Part shown: in pieces, positions 30,931 to 39,711 of the stretch
Position numbering within the stretch: the stretch's first letter is position 1
Layout: each line of letters starts with the position of its first letter
NCBI GenBank assembly: GCA_965207065.1
Contig: OZ242260.1
Coordinates: 2,880,001 to 2,944,000 of the forward strand
Length of the DNA stretch: 64,000 bases
DNA from: a bacterium
GTDB taxonomy: Bacteria; UBA8248
Direction of reading: 5' to 3'
Program-made: the position numbers and the translations under genes
Notes under the pieces: model-generated
Told to the model about the DNA's origin: nothing
Seen by the model: the letters and a program-made list of their open reading frames with translations, nothing else
Databases searched by the model: none

Positions 30931-32268
30931 ATGGAAGAGAGCAATCCGGCCCGACTGACCGCCCTTAGCGCCGCAGAAGCGATACGCGAAGGACGATTGA
31001 CCTCGGAGGAACTCGTCGGGGCGTGCCTGGCCCGCATCGAGGAGCAAGAGGAGCAAATCGGCGCCTGGGAGCATCTGGATAAGGAATTCGCCCTTTCGCA
31101 GGCGAGGGAGGCCGACCTCGCCAGAGGGGAAGGGAAGGCCCTGAGGCCTTTTCACGGTGTTCCCGTCGGAATCAAGGACATCATCGACACCGCCGATTTT
31201 CCGACCGAGAACGGCTCGCCCCTTCACGCGGGCCGCCGGCCCACCGAGGACGCCGCACTCGTGTCCCTGCTCAAGAACGCGGGCGCCGTCATCATGGGCA
31301 AGACCGTGACGACGGAGTTCGCCGTCTATCACCCGGGCAAGACGAAGAACCCCCACGACCCGAACCGCACGCCCGGCGGCTCGTCGAGCGGTTCCGCCGC
31401 TTCCGTCGCCTCCCGCATGGTTCCCGTGGCGGTGGGGAGCCAGACGAACGGTTCCGTGATCCGGCCCGCCTCTTTTTGCGGCGTCTGCGGCTTCAAGCCC
31501 ACCCACGGGTCGATTTCTCGCTACGGCATGCTCCCGCAGTCGAGGCCGATCGATCACGTGGGCCTATTCGCGCGCTCGGTCGAGGACGTCGCCTTCCTGG
31601 GCGATCAGCTGATGGTCTTTGACGGGCGCGACCCGGATATGCGGCATCGCGCGGCCCCGAGACTGCTTGAGACCGCCGCCGCCGAGCCACCGATCACTCC
31701 GCGTTTCGCGTTCGTGAAAACGCCCGTCTGGGATCAGGCCGACCAAGACGCGCAGGCGGCCTTTGAGGAGTTGGCGATACGTCTGGGCGAGGGGATAGTG
31801 GAGGAAGTCGAATTGCCCGAGCCGTTCAACAGCGCGGTCGAGTGGCACCAGATCATCCTGGAATCGAACCTCGCGCGGAACTTCGAGACGGAATACGAAC
31901 GCGGCAAGGACCAGCTGAGCGACCTTCTGCGCCTGATGATGGAACGCGGCAAAAAGTATCTCGCGGTGGATTACACCCGGGCGGTGGAGAAGGTCCCCGT
32001 GCTGAACGGTTTGCTGGGAGAGATGTTCGAGCGGTACGACGCCCTGCTCACACCGCCTGCGCCGGGTCAGGCGCCGATGGGGCTGGGCGCGACGGGGAAT
32101 CCCGTTTTCTGCACCATCTGGACCTTGTGCGGGACGCCGGCCGTGACGCTTCCTCTGCTTGAGGGAGCGGACGGGATGCCGCTCGGTGTTCAGCTCGTGG
32201 GGCCCAAGGGAGACGACGCCAGGCTGCTTCGGACGGCGAGGTGGCTGGAGTCCCGGCTCGGCGGATAA
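30931..32268 (+). CDS. Amidase signature family protein
   Basis: IKDIIDT, GKTVTTEFA, TPGGSSSGS and GSQTNGSVIRPASFCG. Confidence 0.9.
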   Translation: MEESNPARLTALSAAEAIREGRLTSEELVGACLARIEEQEEQIGAWEHLDKEFALSQAREADLARGEGKALRPFHGVPVGIKDIIDTADFPTENGSPLHAGRRPTEDAALVSLLKNAGAVIMGKTVTTEFAVYHPGKTKNPHDPNRTPGGSSSGSAASVASRMVPVAVGSQTNGSVIRPASFCGVCGFKPTHGSISRYGMLPQSRPIDHVGLFARSVEDVAFLGDQLMVFDGRDPDMRHRAAPRLLETAAAEPPITPRFAFVKTPVWDQADQDAQAAFEELAIRLGEGIVEEVELPEPFNSAVEWHQIILESNLARNFETEYERGKDQLSDLLRLMMERGKKYLAVDYTRAVEKVPVLNGLLGEMFERYDALLTPPAPGQAPMGLGATGNPVFCTIWTLCGTPAVTLPLLEGADGMPLGVQLVGPKGDDARLLRTARWLESRLGG

Positions 32269-32378
32269 TCCGCCAGGATATGAACAGCGCCAGGGCTGGC
32301 GTGGTTTCCGCGATTGCGCCGGAGGCTCCGGCCCGCGCCTTGTTTCGTCCATGAATTAGCAATAGGGAGGTTTTGACG

Positions 32379-33278
32379 ATGAGCCGAGCCGTCGCTTTTA
32401 TCGGAACCGGCATCATGGGTAGGCCCATGGTGTTGAACTTGCTGAGAGCAGGCCATTCGGTGGCCGTCCACAACCGCAGCAAGCCTCCGCTGGAGGAACT
32501 CGGTGAGGCGGGCGCTGTGGTATGCGGATCCGCATCCGAGGCCGCCTCGAAAGCCGAGGTCATCATCACCTGCCTGCCCGATTCCCCGGACGTTGAACTG
32601 GTCGCCCTGGGCGAAGGGGGCATTATCGAAGGAGCGGGGGAGGGGTCCCTTTACATCGACATGAGCACCATCGCTCCCGGCGTCTCCAAGAAGGTGGCGC
32701 TGGCTTTGGGGGGGAAGGGCGTGCGCATGCTCGATGCGCCCGTGAGCGGAGGCGACGTCGGCGCCAGGGAGGGTACGCTCTCCATCATGGTGGGTGGTGC
32801 GGCGGCGGATTTCGAGGATGCGATCCCCGTCTTCGAAGCCATGGGGAAGACCATCGTCCACGTTGGGGAGAACGTGGGAGACGGCGGTTACGTGAAGATC
32901 GCGAACCAGATCATGGTGGGGCTGCACATCGCCGCGATGAGCGAGGCGCTGGTGCTGGGCTCCAAAGCGGGCGTGAATCCTGAAAAGATGATCGCCGCCC
33001 TATCCGGTGGCCTCGCGCAATCGCGCGTGCTGGAGTTGCGCGGGCCGAATCTGGTGAAGGGTGAATACCCGCCGGGCTTCCGGATTCGCCTGCACCGCAA
33101 GGACTTGCGCCTCGCCATGGAGGCGGGAGCGGAACTGGGCGTGGCGATACCGGCGGCGGGCCAGCTCTATCAGATGTTCACGGCGCTTCTGGCGGCGGAC
33201 CGCGGAGAACTGGACCACAGCGGCTTCGCCACGCTCATCGAAGACCTCGCCGGACACCGTGTCTGCGATACGGGGTAG
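32379..33278 (+). CDS. 2-hydroxy-3-oxopropionate reductase-like beta-hydroxyacid dehydrogenase
   Basis: GTGIMG, LPDSPDVE, DAPVSGG, KIANQ and GFRIRLH.KDL. Confidence 0.85.
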   Translation: MSRAVAFIGTGIMGRPMVLNLLRAGHSVAVHNRSKPPLEELGEAGAVVCGSASEAASKAEVIITCLPDSPDVELVALGEGGIIEGAGEGSLYIDMSTIAPGVSKKVALALGGKGVRMLDAPVSGGDVGAREGTLSIMVGGAAADFEDAIPVFEAMGKTIVHVGENVGDGGYVKIANQIMVGLHIAAMSEALVLGSKAGVNPEKMIAALSGGLAQSRVLELRGPNLVKGEYPPGFRIRLHRKDLRLAMEAGAELGVAIPAAGQLYQMFTALLAADRGELDHSGFATLIEDLAGHRVCDTG

Positions 33279-33284
33279 CCTTAC

Positions 33285-33522
33285 GGGGTTGTTGAAAAAG
33301 TCCAGATTTCGGGATTCGGAACGACGGATGTGAAGTTGTAGGTCGGACATATATGTCCGACATATATGCGACCCTGCCTTTTACGCCTGCCGACCATGGG
33401 CCGCATATATATACGGCCCCTACACGACCAATCTCACCCACTCGCGCCGAGCCGGCTTCACATCCATCGCTTCGTGACACTCCATACCGCCCGTTCCCAG
33501 GGCCGGGTAATTCAACAACCCC
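33285..33522. mobile_element. Putative MITE (238 bp) with an internal REP-like pair
   Basis: 12 bp terminal inverted repeats GGGGTTGTTGAA/TTCAACAACCCC flanked by the direct repeat TTAC (33281-33284 and 33523-33526). Internal GTAG...CTAC palindromic pair at 33338-33423. Confidence 0.65.
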
Positions 33523-34914
33523 TTACACGACGACTTCCGGGTCGCCGTCGCCGAGCCACCCGATGGCCGTCATCGAGACTTGCGTGCCCGCGACGGGTGA
33601 GATTTCCGGTATCTGAATGGCGGTGAAGGCCGGCCTTCGTTTCGGGAAATATTTCCTGAACAAGGGCTCGAGCGCCGATAGGTGAGCGATGTTCTGGAGG
33701 AAGAGCGTCAGGTGCGTCACCCGGCTCATGTCGGAGTCTGCTGCTTTCATCGCGCTTTCCATCTGATCCAGAATCGCCAGCCCCTGGAGAACTGTGTTTC
33801 TCGTAGCCGGCGAAGACGCTTTCGGCAGTTTCCGGCGTAGCGCTCCCTTAAGCTCGCTTCTTCTGCTTATCGGCTCGCCGTCTCCGTTCAGGCCGACCAG
33901 GTTCGAGAGGAACAGCACGCCGCCCGCCGCGACGCCCAGGCTCATCTGGGCGCCTGCTCCATCCTCACCCCGAATTACCTCGCGCTTGATCTTGCTTTTA
34001 TTCATCAGCGCCGTGGGTTCGATTTCGATTTTCTCTCCCTTGTGGCCGACTTCCGCCACCTGCATCACCGTAAGTGCCGGCGGGTCTTTTGGGAAAAACC
34101 GCTCGTGGATGCGGTGGAAGGTGGGATAATCACGCATGTCCCCGAGATAGACGGTGAGGTTCAGGATGTTTTCGAGCGAAGAACCAGAACCCTCCAGATG
34201 TTTGCGGATGAGGTCGTAGACGAACCACGTCTGCGCGGCGATGGGGCCGTTTCTGCTGTCCTCGTGGCTCTGGCCGACGGAGAGGAATCTCCCCTTTTTC
34301 GGGATGTCGGGATAGTTGCGGATGAGGGGAGAGCCGGGTTTGGAGGTATCTGTCGGAATCTGCCCGGCGACGAAGAGATATGGCCCGGCACCCACGACGT
34401 GTGAGAAATGAGCGGCGGCCGAGTGCGCTTTTGAGCCTTCATGCTTCATCCTTTTCCCCAGCGTTTTCGCCGCTTCGGGATTCAGGGCGATGCCGTCGAT
34501 GTTGAAGCGCACGGTACGCTCGGGGTCGAACGCGCCCATACCCACGGCGGTGCTCGGCGTCGGCGCTTTCGGTTCATAGTGGCGCCTGATGCTGTCGAAC
34601 ACCGGGAAAAAGCGCTTATCCAGCTGGTAAAGGTGGAACCTGAGCAGATTTTCCAGCCCCCCGCCATTTGCCGCGAGCTTTTCCCCCACGCCCTCATAGG
34701 TGGCGATGGCCTGCGCGCCGATGGGGGCTTCGATCCTGTCGACCCAGGGGTAGTTCTTGGTCCGCGCAGGCCCGCTGTCCCCGATTTCGGCGTATCTGGT
34801 GCAGATGTTCCCCGTTTTCGGGTGCATTCCCATCTGTCCGCTGAAGAACAGGAAAGGCCCGCCCGAAACGCACCGGGGCCACTTGGCGTGATCTGAAAAG
34901 AATTTTCTGGACAT
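33523..34914 (-). CDS. Multi-domain Rid (YjgF/YER057c/UK114) family protein
   Basis: Three repeats of the Rid pattern (GPFLFFSGQ, GPYLFVAGQ, GGVLFLSN) with ending segments PSTAVG, PALTVMQV and PAFTAIQI. Confidence 0.75.
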   Translation of the reverse strand: MSRKFFSDHAKWPRCVSGGPFLFFSGQMGMHPKTGNICTRYAEIGDSGPARTKNYPWVDRIEAPIGAQAIATYEGVGEKLAANGGGLENLLRFHLYQLDKRFFPVFDSIRRHYEPKAPTPSTAVGMGAFDPERTVRFNIDGIALNPEAAKTLGKRMKHEGSKAHSAAAHFSHVVGAGPYLFVAGQIPTDTSKPGSPLIRNYPDIPKKGRFLSVGQSHEDSRNGPIAAQTWFVYDLIRKHLEGSGSSLENILNLTVYLGDMRDYPTFHRIHERFFPKDPPALTVMQVAEVGHKGEKIEIEPTALMNKSKIKREVIRGEDGAGAQMSLGVAAGGVLFLSNLVGLNGDGEPISRRSELKGALRRKLPKASSPATRNTVLQGLAILDQMESAMKAADSDMSRVTHLTLFLQNIAHLSALEPLFRKYFPKRRPAFTAIQIPEISPVAGTQVSMTAIGWLGDGDPEVVV

Positions 34915-37242
34915 TTACGCCTCAATGAAGGATGGGGGTTGAAAAGCCGTGATCTCGGGGAGCTCTTCCTCGTAGCGCTCCATCTCCACCAGTGCGCTAT
35001 GCGCGCTCGGACCCTGGCCCAGGCTTGAGGTTCCCTTGTCGGGCGTCAATACGTTGGGGTTTCCGTGCTTGTCGAGAGCCCCGATTCTCCCAGGTTCCTG
35101 CGGGTCGTACCAGGCGCCCGTGGAGAGCTGTATGACGCCCGGGAGCAGCCCATCGGTGATGACGGCGCCTGCGAGAATAGAGCCTCGCTCGTTGAAGATT
35201 CTCACGACCTCTCCATCCTGTATGCCCCGTGCGGCGGCGTCATCGGGGTGAATCCACACCGGCTCCCTTCCGTGAATCTTGCTTTCGAGGCTGGTGGCCC
35301 CGTTGTCCATCTGGCCGTGGAGTCGCGTGCGCGGCTGGTTCGAGATCATGTGCAGCGGGAATTTCTCCGACAGTCCGCTTCCCAGCCACTCGTTGGGTTC
35401 CAGCCATGCGGCGTGGGGCGGGCAATCAGCGTACCCGAAGCTCTCGATGCGTTCGGAAAATATCTCGATTTTCCCCGAGGGCGTCTTGAGCGCGTTTTTC
35501 TCCGGGGCTTCCCGGAAATCGGCGAGATAGACGTAAGGCGTCTCCGGCGGTGCGACTTCCGTGTGCCCGGTCTCCCAGAAATGCTCGAACGTGTCGAGAA
35601 CCACGCCCTGAGCGGCGGCTTTCTGGCGCGCCTCCTCGTAGATGTGGCGGAGCCATTCCATCTCGCCGCGGTCTTCGGTGAACGCGCTCTTGAAGCCGAG
35701 GCGCTCCGCAAGCTCTGAGAAGATGTCGAAATCGTGCCGGGCTTCGCCCACAGGCTCGATCACCTTGTGCATGGCGAGGATGAAGCGGTCCCTCGAACTC
35801 GAACCGATGTCGTTGCGCTCGAGCGTGGTGGTGGCGGGCAGCACGATGTCTGCATGGCGCGCCGTGGACGTCCACCACGGGTCGTGAACGACGATGGTTT
35901 CCGGCCTTTGCCACGCCCTCACCAGCCGGTTCAAGTCCTGGTGGTGATGGAAAGGATTGCCCCCGCACCAGTACACCATGCGGATGTCGGGGTAGGTGCG
36001 GCGTTCGCCGTTGAAGTCGTATCCCTCGCCCGGGTGGAGCATCATGTCCGCGATGCGGGCGACGGGTATGAAGCTGCCCGTCGGGTTTTTCCCAAAGTTC
36101 ATTTTGACGGAGGGGATGTCCTCGCGCGGCGTTCCGCGCCCGCCCATGCTCCCGTAGCCGAAGCCGAACCCGCCGCCGGGCAGGCCGACTTGCCCGAGCA
36201 TGGCAGCGAGCGTGATGGTCATCCAGAACGTCTGCTCGCCGTGGTCCCCGCGCTGGAGCGACCAGTTCGTGTTGAGCATGGTTCGCGCGCCCGCCATGCG
36301 CCGGGCGAGGCTTCGAATGACGTCCGCCCCGATTCCCGTAATGGGGGCCGCCCATTCCGCGCTTTTGGGACGGCCGTCGGTCTTGCCCGTCAGGTAGGCT
36401 TCGAACTTATCGAACCCCACAGAGTAGCGCGCGAGGAAATCCTGATCGTGCAAACTCTCTTCCCAAAGCGTGTGGGCGAGGCCGAGCATGAGCGCCACGT
36501 CCGTATTGGGGCGAACGGCGAGCCACTGGGCGTCCAGAAAATCGGGCGCATCGTCCTTCAAGGGGCTTACATTCACGAAATCCACGCCGTTCGCCTTCGC
36601 CTTTTCGAGCCAGAACGCCAGGGTGTGTTCTCCCGCGCCACCGGCAGCCACCTGCGTGTTCTTGGCCGGGACGCCGCCGAACATGACGAACAGCTTTGAG
36701 TCTTGCGCGATGCTGTCCCACGTCGTGATGGGGCCCGAGCAGGCGGTATTGTCCCCCAGAACGTGGGGGAGGATGACGTAACCGGCGGCGATGCTGTAGG
36801 TGGTCACCTGATCCGTAAAGCCGCCGCAGCAATTGAAAAACCTCTTGACCAGGGTGTTCGCGTGGTGGAAGCGGCCCGCGCTCGCCCAGCCGTATGAACC
36901 CGCGAAAATGGACTCGTTCCCGTGTTCGGTTTTGATGCGCCGGATTTCATCGGCGACGGTCTTGAGGGCGAAATCCCAGGAGACGGGCACGAAAGGCTCG
37001 CCGCCGCGTCCTTTGCCCTTTTTCCCGGGCCCGCCTTCGAGCCAGCCCGCGCGGATCATGGGTTGGGAGACGCGGCTTTCGTCATAAACGGCGTCCTGGA
37101 TAGAATCCAGGATGGGGGAGGGCGCCGGGTCCTTGGCGAACGGCTCGAAACCCACCATGCGGCCATCGCGCACATGCGCCCGGAATGCCCCCCAGTGGGA
37201 ACTGTGGTGACGTTTTTCAATTCCACCTTGCCCGTCGGGCAT
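34915..37242 (-). CDS. Molybdopterin oxidoreductase, BisC/DorA/TorA family, no Tat leader
   Basis: SHWG, GSYGWASAG, TYS.AA (Ser ligand), GGNPFHHHQD, ADIVLPATT.LER and RLHGQ. No twin-arginine motif seen. Confidence 0.88.
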   Translation of the reverse strand: MPDGQGGIEKRHHSSHWGAFRAHVRDGRMVGFEPFAKDPAPSPILDSIQDAVYDESRVSQPMIRAGWLEGGPGKKGKGRGGEPFVPVSWDFALKTVADEIRRIKTEHGNESIFAGSYGWASAGRFHHANTLVKRFFNCCGGFTDQVTTYSIAAGYVILPHVLGDNTACSGPITTWDSIAQDSKLFVMFGGVPAKNTQVAAGGAGEHTLAFWLEKAKANGVDFVNVSPLKDDAPDFLDAQWLAVRPNTDVALMLGLAHTLWEESLHDQDFLARYSVGFDKFEAYLTGKTDGRPKSAEWAAPITGIGADVIRSLARRMAGARTMLNTNWSLQRGDHGEQTFWMTITLAAMLGQVGLPGGGFGFGYGSMGGRGTPREDIPSVKMNFGKNPTGSFIPVARIADMMLHPGEGYDFNGERRTYPDIRMVYWCGGNPFHHHQDLNRLVRAWQRPETIVVHDPWWTSTARHADIVLPATTTLERNDIGSSSRDRFILAMHKVIEPVGEARHDFDIFSELAERLGFKSAFTEDRGEMEWLRHIYEEARQKAAAQGVVLDTFEHFWETGHTEVAPPETPYVYLADFREAPEKNALKTPSGKIEIFSERIESFGYADCPPHAAWLEPNEWLGSGLSEKFPLHMISNQPRTRLHGQMDNGATSLESKIHGREPVWIHPDDAAARGIQDGEVVRIFNERGSILAGAVITDGLLPGVIQLSTGAWYDPQEPGRIGALDKHGNPNVLTPDKGTSSLGQGPSAHSALVEMERYEEELPEITAFQPPSFIEA

Positions 37243-37434
37243 CAGATGATTTCCTCCATGAATCTGAGTCGTACTCATGATTTGCGTGCGTTTCGAGCAG
37301 TATATCACGAGTGGGAGACAAGTCCCCCCGCCCTGGCGTTCCAAGCGTCCAACACCGGTAACGGGATGATTTTAAGGCGAGAGTGTGCCATTGTTCCACC
37401 TTCTGAGTTCAAATTTACTGATTTGGAGAATCTC

Positions 37435-37920
37435 ATGGATTTGCTCACGCGAATGGCCGGTGAAATCGGGCAATTGCTGAAGGATAAGGAACAGACGGTC
37501 GCCGTTTCGGAAACGTCCGCCGGCGGCCTGGTGTCGGCCGCCCTGCTCGCCATACCGGGGGCTTCGGCCTACTACATGGGCGGCGGCGTGCTCTACACCT
37601 ACGATTCGAGGAGCATTCTGCTCGGGCTGCCCGAAGACGCCTTCGAGGGAATGCGGCCGAGTACGGAACCTTACGCGGCGAAGCTGGCCGGGGCGATAAA
37701 AGACAGGCTGGGGTCGACCTGGGGCGTTTCCGAAACAGGAGCGGCCGGCCCTGCGGGCAACCGATACGGAGATGCGCCCGGGCATTCGTGCATGGCGGTA
37801 TCCGGACCGGTGGACATGGTGATGACGCTGGAGACGGGCAGCGCGGACAGGGAAGCGAATATGTGGGCGTTCGCGGAAGCGACGCTCGGCCAGCTCAAAG
37901 AGGCAATCGAGAAAAGCTAA
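37435..37920 (+). CDS. CinA/PncC family protein
   Basis: AVSETSAGGL, IPGAS.YY.GG and ETGAAGP.G. Confidence 0.8.
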   Translation: MDLLTRMAGEIGQLLKDKEQTVAVSETSAGGLVSAALLAIPGASAYYMGGGVLYTYDSRSILLGLPEDAFEGMRPSTEPYAAKLAGAIKDRLGSTWGVSETGAAGPAGNRYGDAPGHSCMAVSGPVDMVMTLETGSADREANMWAFAEATLGQLKEAIEKS

Positions 37921-37939
37921 CCATATGGAGAGGTGCGTT

Positions 37940-38926
37940 ATGTTTCGTGCTCTGGTTTTAGAGGAAGCGGACGGGAAGGTCAGTTCATCGATTCAGGAAC
38001 TCGACGAGGCGAGCCTTCCTGAAGGCGACGTGTCGGTCGCTATCGATTACTCGACGCTCAACTACAAGGACGGGATGGTGCTGGGCGGCATCGGGCGGCT
38101 GGTGCGGAATTATCCCCACATCGGGGGCATCGATTTCGCCGGCACGGTGGAGAAGAGCGCGCACCCGGGTTACAGCCCCGGAGACAAGGTGATTCTAACC
38201 GGCTGGCGGGTCGGCGAGGCGCACTGGGGGGGATATTCCCAAAAGGCGCGCGTCAAGGGAGACTGGCTGGTCCATCTGCCGGAGAATATGTCCACGAGAC
38301 AGGCGATGGCGCTCGGCACGGCCGGCTTCACGGCCATGCTGTCCGTTCAGGCGCTGGAAGACCACGGAATGGGCGTGGATGACGGGGATGTGCTCGTCAC
38401 AGGCGCCGCCGGCGGAGTGGGCTCGGTCGCAGTGGCGGTACTCGCGAATCAGGGTTATTCCGTAACCGCGTCGACGGGCAGGGAGGAGACCCACGGATAT
38501 CTCGAATCACTCGGCGCTTCGACCATCATCGCCCGGAGCGAACTCGCCGAACCCACGAAACGCCCGCTCGATAGCGAGCGCTGGGCGGGGTGCATCGACT
38601 CGGTGGGCGGTACTACGCTCGCGCGCCTGCTCACACAGATGAAATACCGAAGCTCGGTGGCGGCGGTGGGCCTGGCCGGCGGGAGCGGGCTCGAGACGAC
38701 GGTAATCCCCTTTCTCCTGCGCGGCGTGAACCTGCTTGGCATCGAATCCGTCATGTGCCCGCTTGCGCCTCGTAAGAAGGCGTGGGCGAGGCTCGCGGAG
38801 GAGATGCCGATGGACAAGCTCGAATCGATGATCACAGAAGCGACGCTATCCGATTTGGCCGGACTGGGCGGCGATATATTGAAGGGGCAGGTGAGGGGCC
38901 GCGTGGTCGTGGACGTGAACGCCTAG
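37940..38926 (+). CDS. acuI: Acryloyl-CoA reductase-like medium-chain oxidoreductase, AcuI/YhdH family
   Basis: STLNYKD, GTAGFTAML, VTGAAGGVGS, PFLLRGVNLLGIES and GRVVV. Confidence 0.85.
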   Translation: MFRALVLEEADGKVSSSIQELDEASLPEGDVSVAIDYSTLNYKDGMVLGGIGRLVRNYPHIGGIDFAGTVEKSAHPGYSPGDKVILTGWRVGEAHWGGYSQKARVKGDWLVHLPENMSTRQAMALGTAGFTAMLSVQALEDHGMGVDDGDVLVTGAAGGVGSVAVAVLANQGYSVTASTGREETHGYLESLGASTIIARSELAEPTKRPLDSERWAGCIDSVGGTTLARLLTQMKYRSSVAAVGLAGGSGLETTVIPFLLRGVNLLGIESVMCPLAPRKKAWARLAEEMPMDKLESMITEATLSDLAGLGGDILKGQVRGRVVVDVNA

Positions 38927-39375
38927 GCGTTTCTTTTTTTCGTCAACTCGCGGTCCAAAGCCGCTGCGAATTTGTGGCGGTCCGAGGTGGCCATGGGCGG
39001 CGGGCCGCCCTGGACGAGGCCGCCCGAGCGCATATCCATCATGAAATTTCTTAAAGAGAGCCGCTCGCCCACGTTTTCCTCGGTATAGACTTCGCCGCGC
39101 GGGTCGATGCCCAGCGCGCCTTTTTCGACCGCCTTCGCCGCAAAGGGAACATCCGCGGTGATGACGAAATCGCCTTTGCTTAAGTGCTCGACGATGTACT
39201 CATCGGCTACGTCCGCCCCGCCGGGGACCTGAATCGTGGAGACGGAGGAGATATCCGGCGTCCTGAGCTTCATGTTGGCGACCAGTACGGTGGGTATATC
39301 GAGGCGATCGGCGGTTTTGTAGAGGATCTCCTTGATATCTTGCGGGCATGCATCGGCATCCACCCAGATTTTCAT
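38923..39375 (-). CDS. YaiI/YqxD family protein (DUF188)
   Basis: IWVDADACP, VITADVP.A, DPRGE.YT and GGPPP. Confidence 0.9.
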   Translation of the reverse strand: MKIWVDADACPQDIKEILYKTADRLDIPTVLVANMKLRTPDISSVSTIQVPGGADVADEYIVEHLSKGDFVITADVPFAAKAVEKGALGIDPRGEVYTEENVGERLSLRNFMMDMRSGGLVQGGPPPMATSDRHKFAAALDRELTKKRNA

Positions 39376-39495
39376 GCGTTTTCCCTCTCAGCGCCCTTAA
39401 TTCCGGCGGTTCCTTTATAGTATGATGCTTTTCATTCGAGATACCTAACACGATATTCCGGATCGGATGAATTTCGTGCAGCCGGGAGAGTGAAT

Positions 39496-39711
39496 ATGTC
39501 ACAACCGCAAGCGAATCATGAGGAAATCGCGGCGCGGATAAGCGAGATGGCCGCTTCCGTATTTAACGTGCCCCGGGATGAACTCGGCCTCAAGACGGCG
39601 GATGATGTCGCCCGGATGCTCCAGGTTCTCTCAGGCACACCCGTAGAATCCACCGATGAGCCGTTTCTCCCCATGCTCGAAGAGCCGAAGGCCGATGAGG
39701 GCGCGAAATGA
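39496..39711 (+). CDS. Small acidic protein, possible amidase partner subunit
   Basis: 71 aa, RBS GGGAG, ATGA overlap with the downstream amidase and a C-terminal DEP motif. Confidence 0.6.
   Translation: MSQPQANHEEIAARISEMAASVFNVPRDELGLKTADDVARMLQVLSGTPVESTDEPFLPMLEEPKADEGAK

Noticed and set aside
33235-33626. Short ORFs across the repeat regions (also 41961-42967 and 47792-48456)
   Set aside because: They overlap palindromic repeats or real genes, have no recognisable motifs and lack clear ribosome binding sites.
34915-37344. Periplasmic TMAO/DMSO respiratory reductase
   Set aside because: No twin-arginine leader, and no adjacent cytochrome c or TorD chaperone gene.
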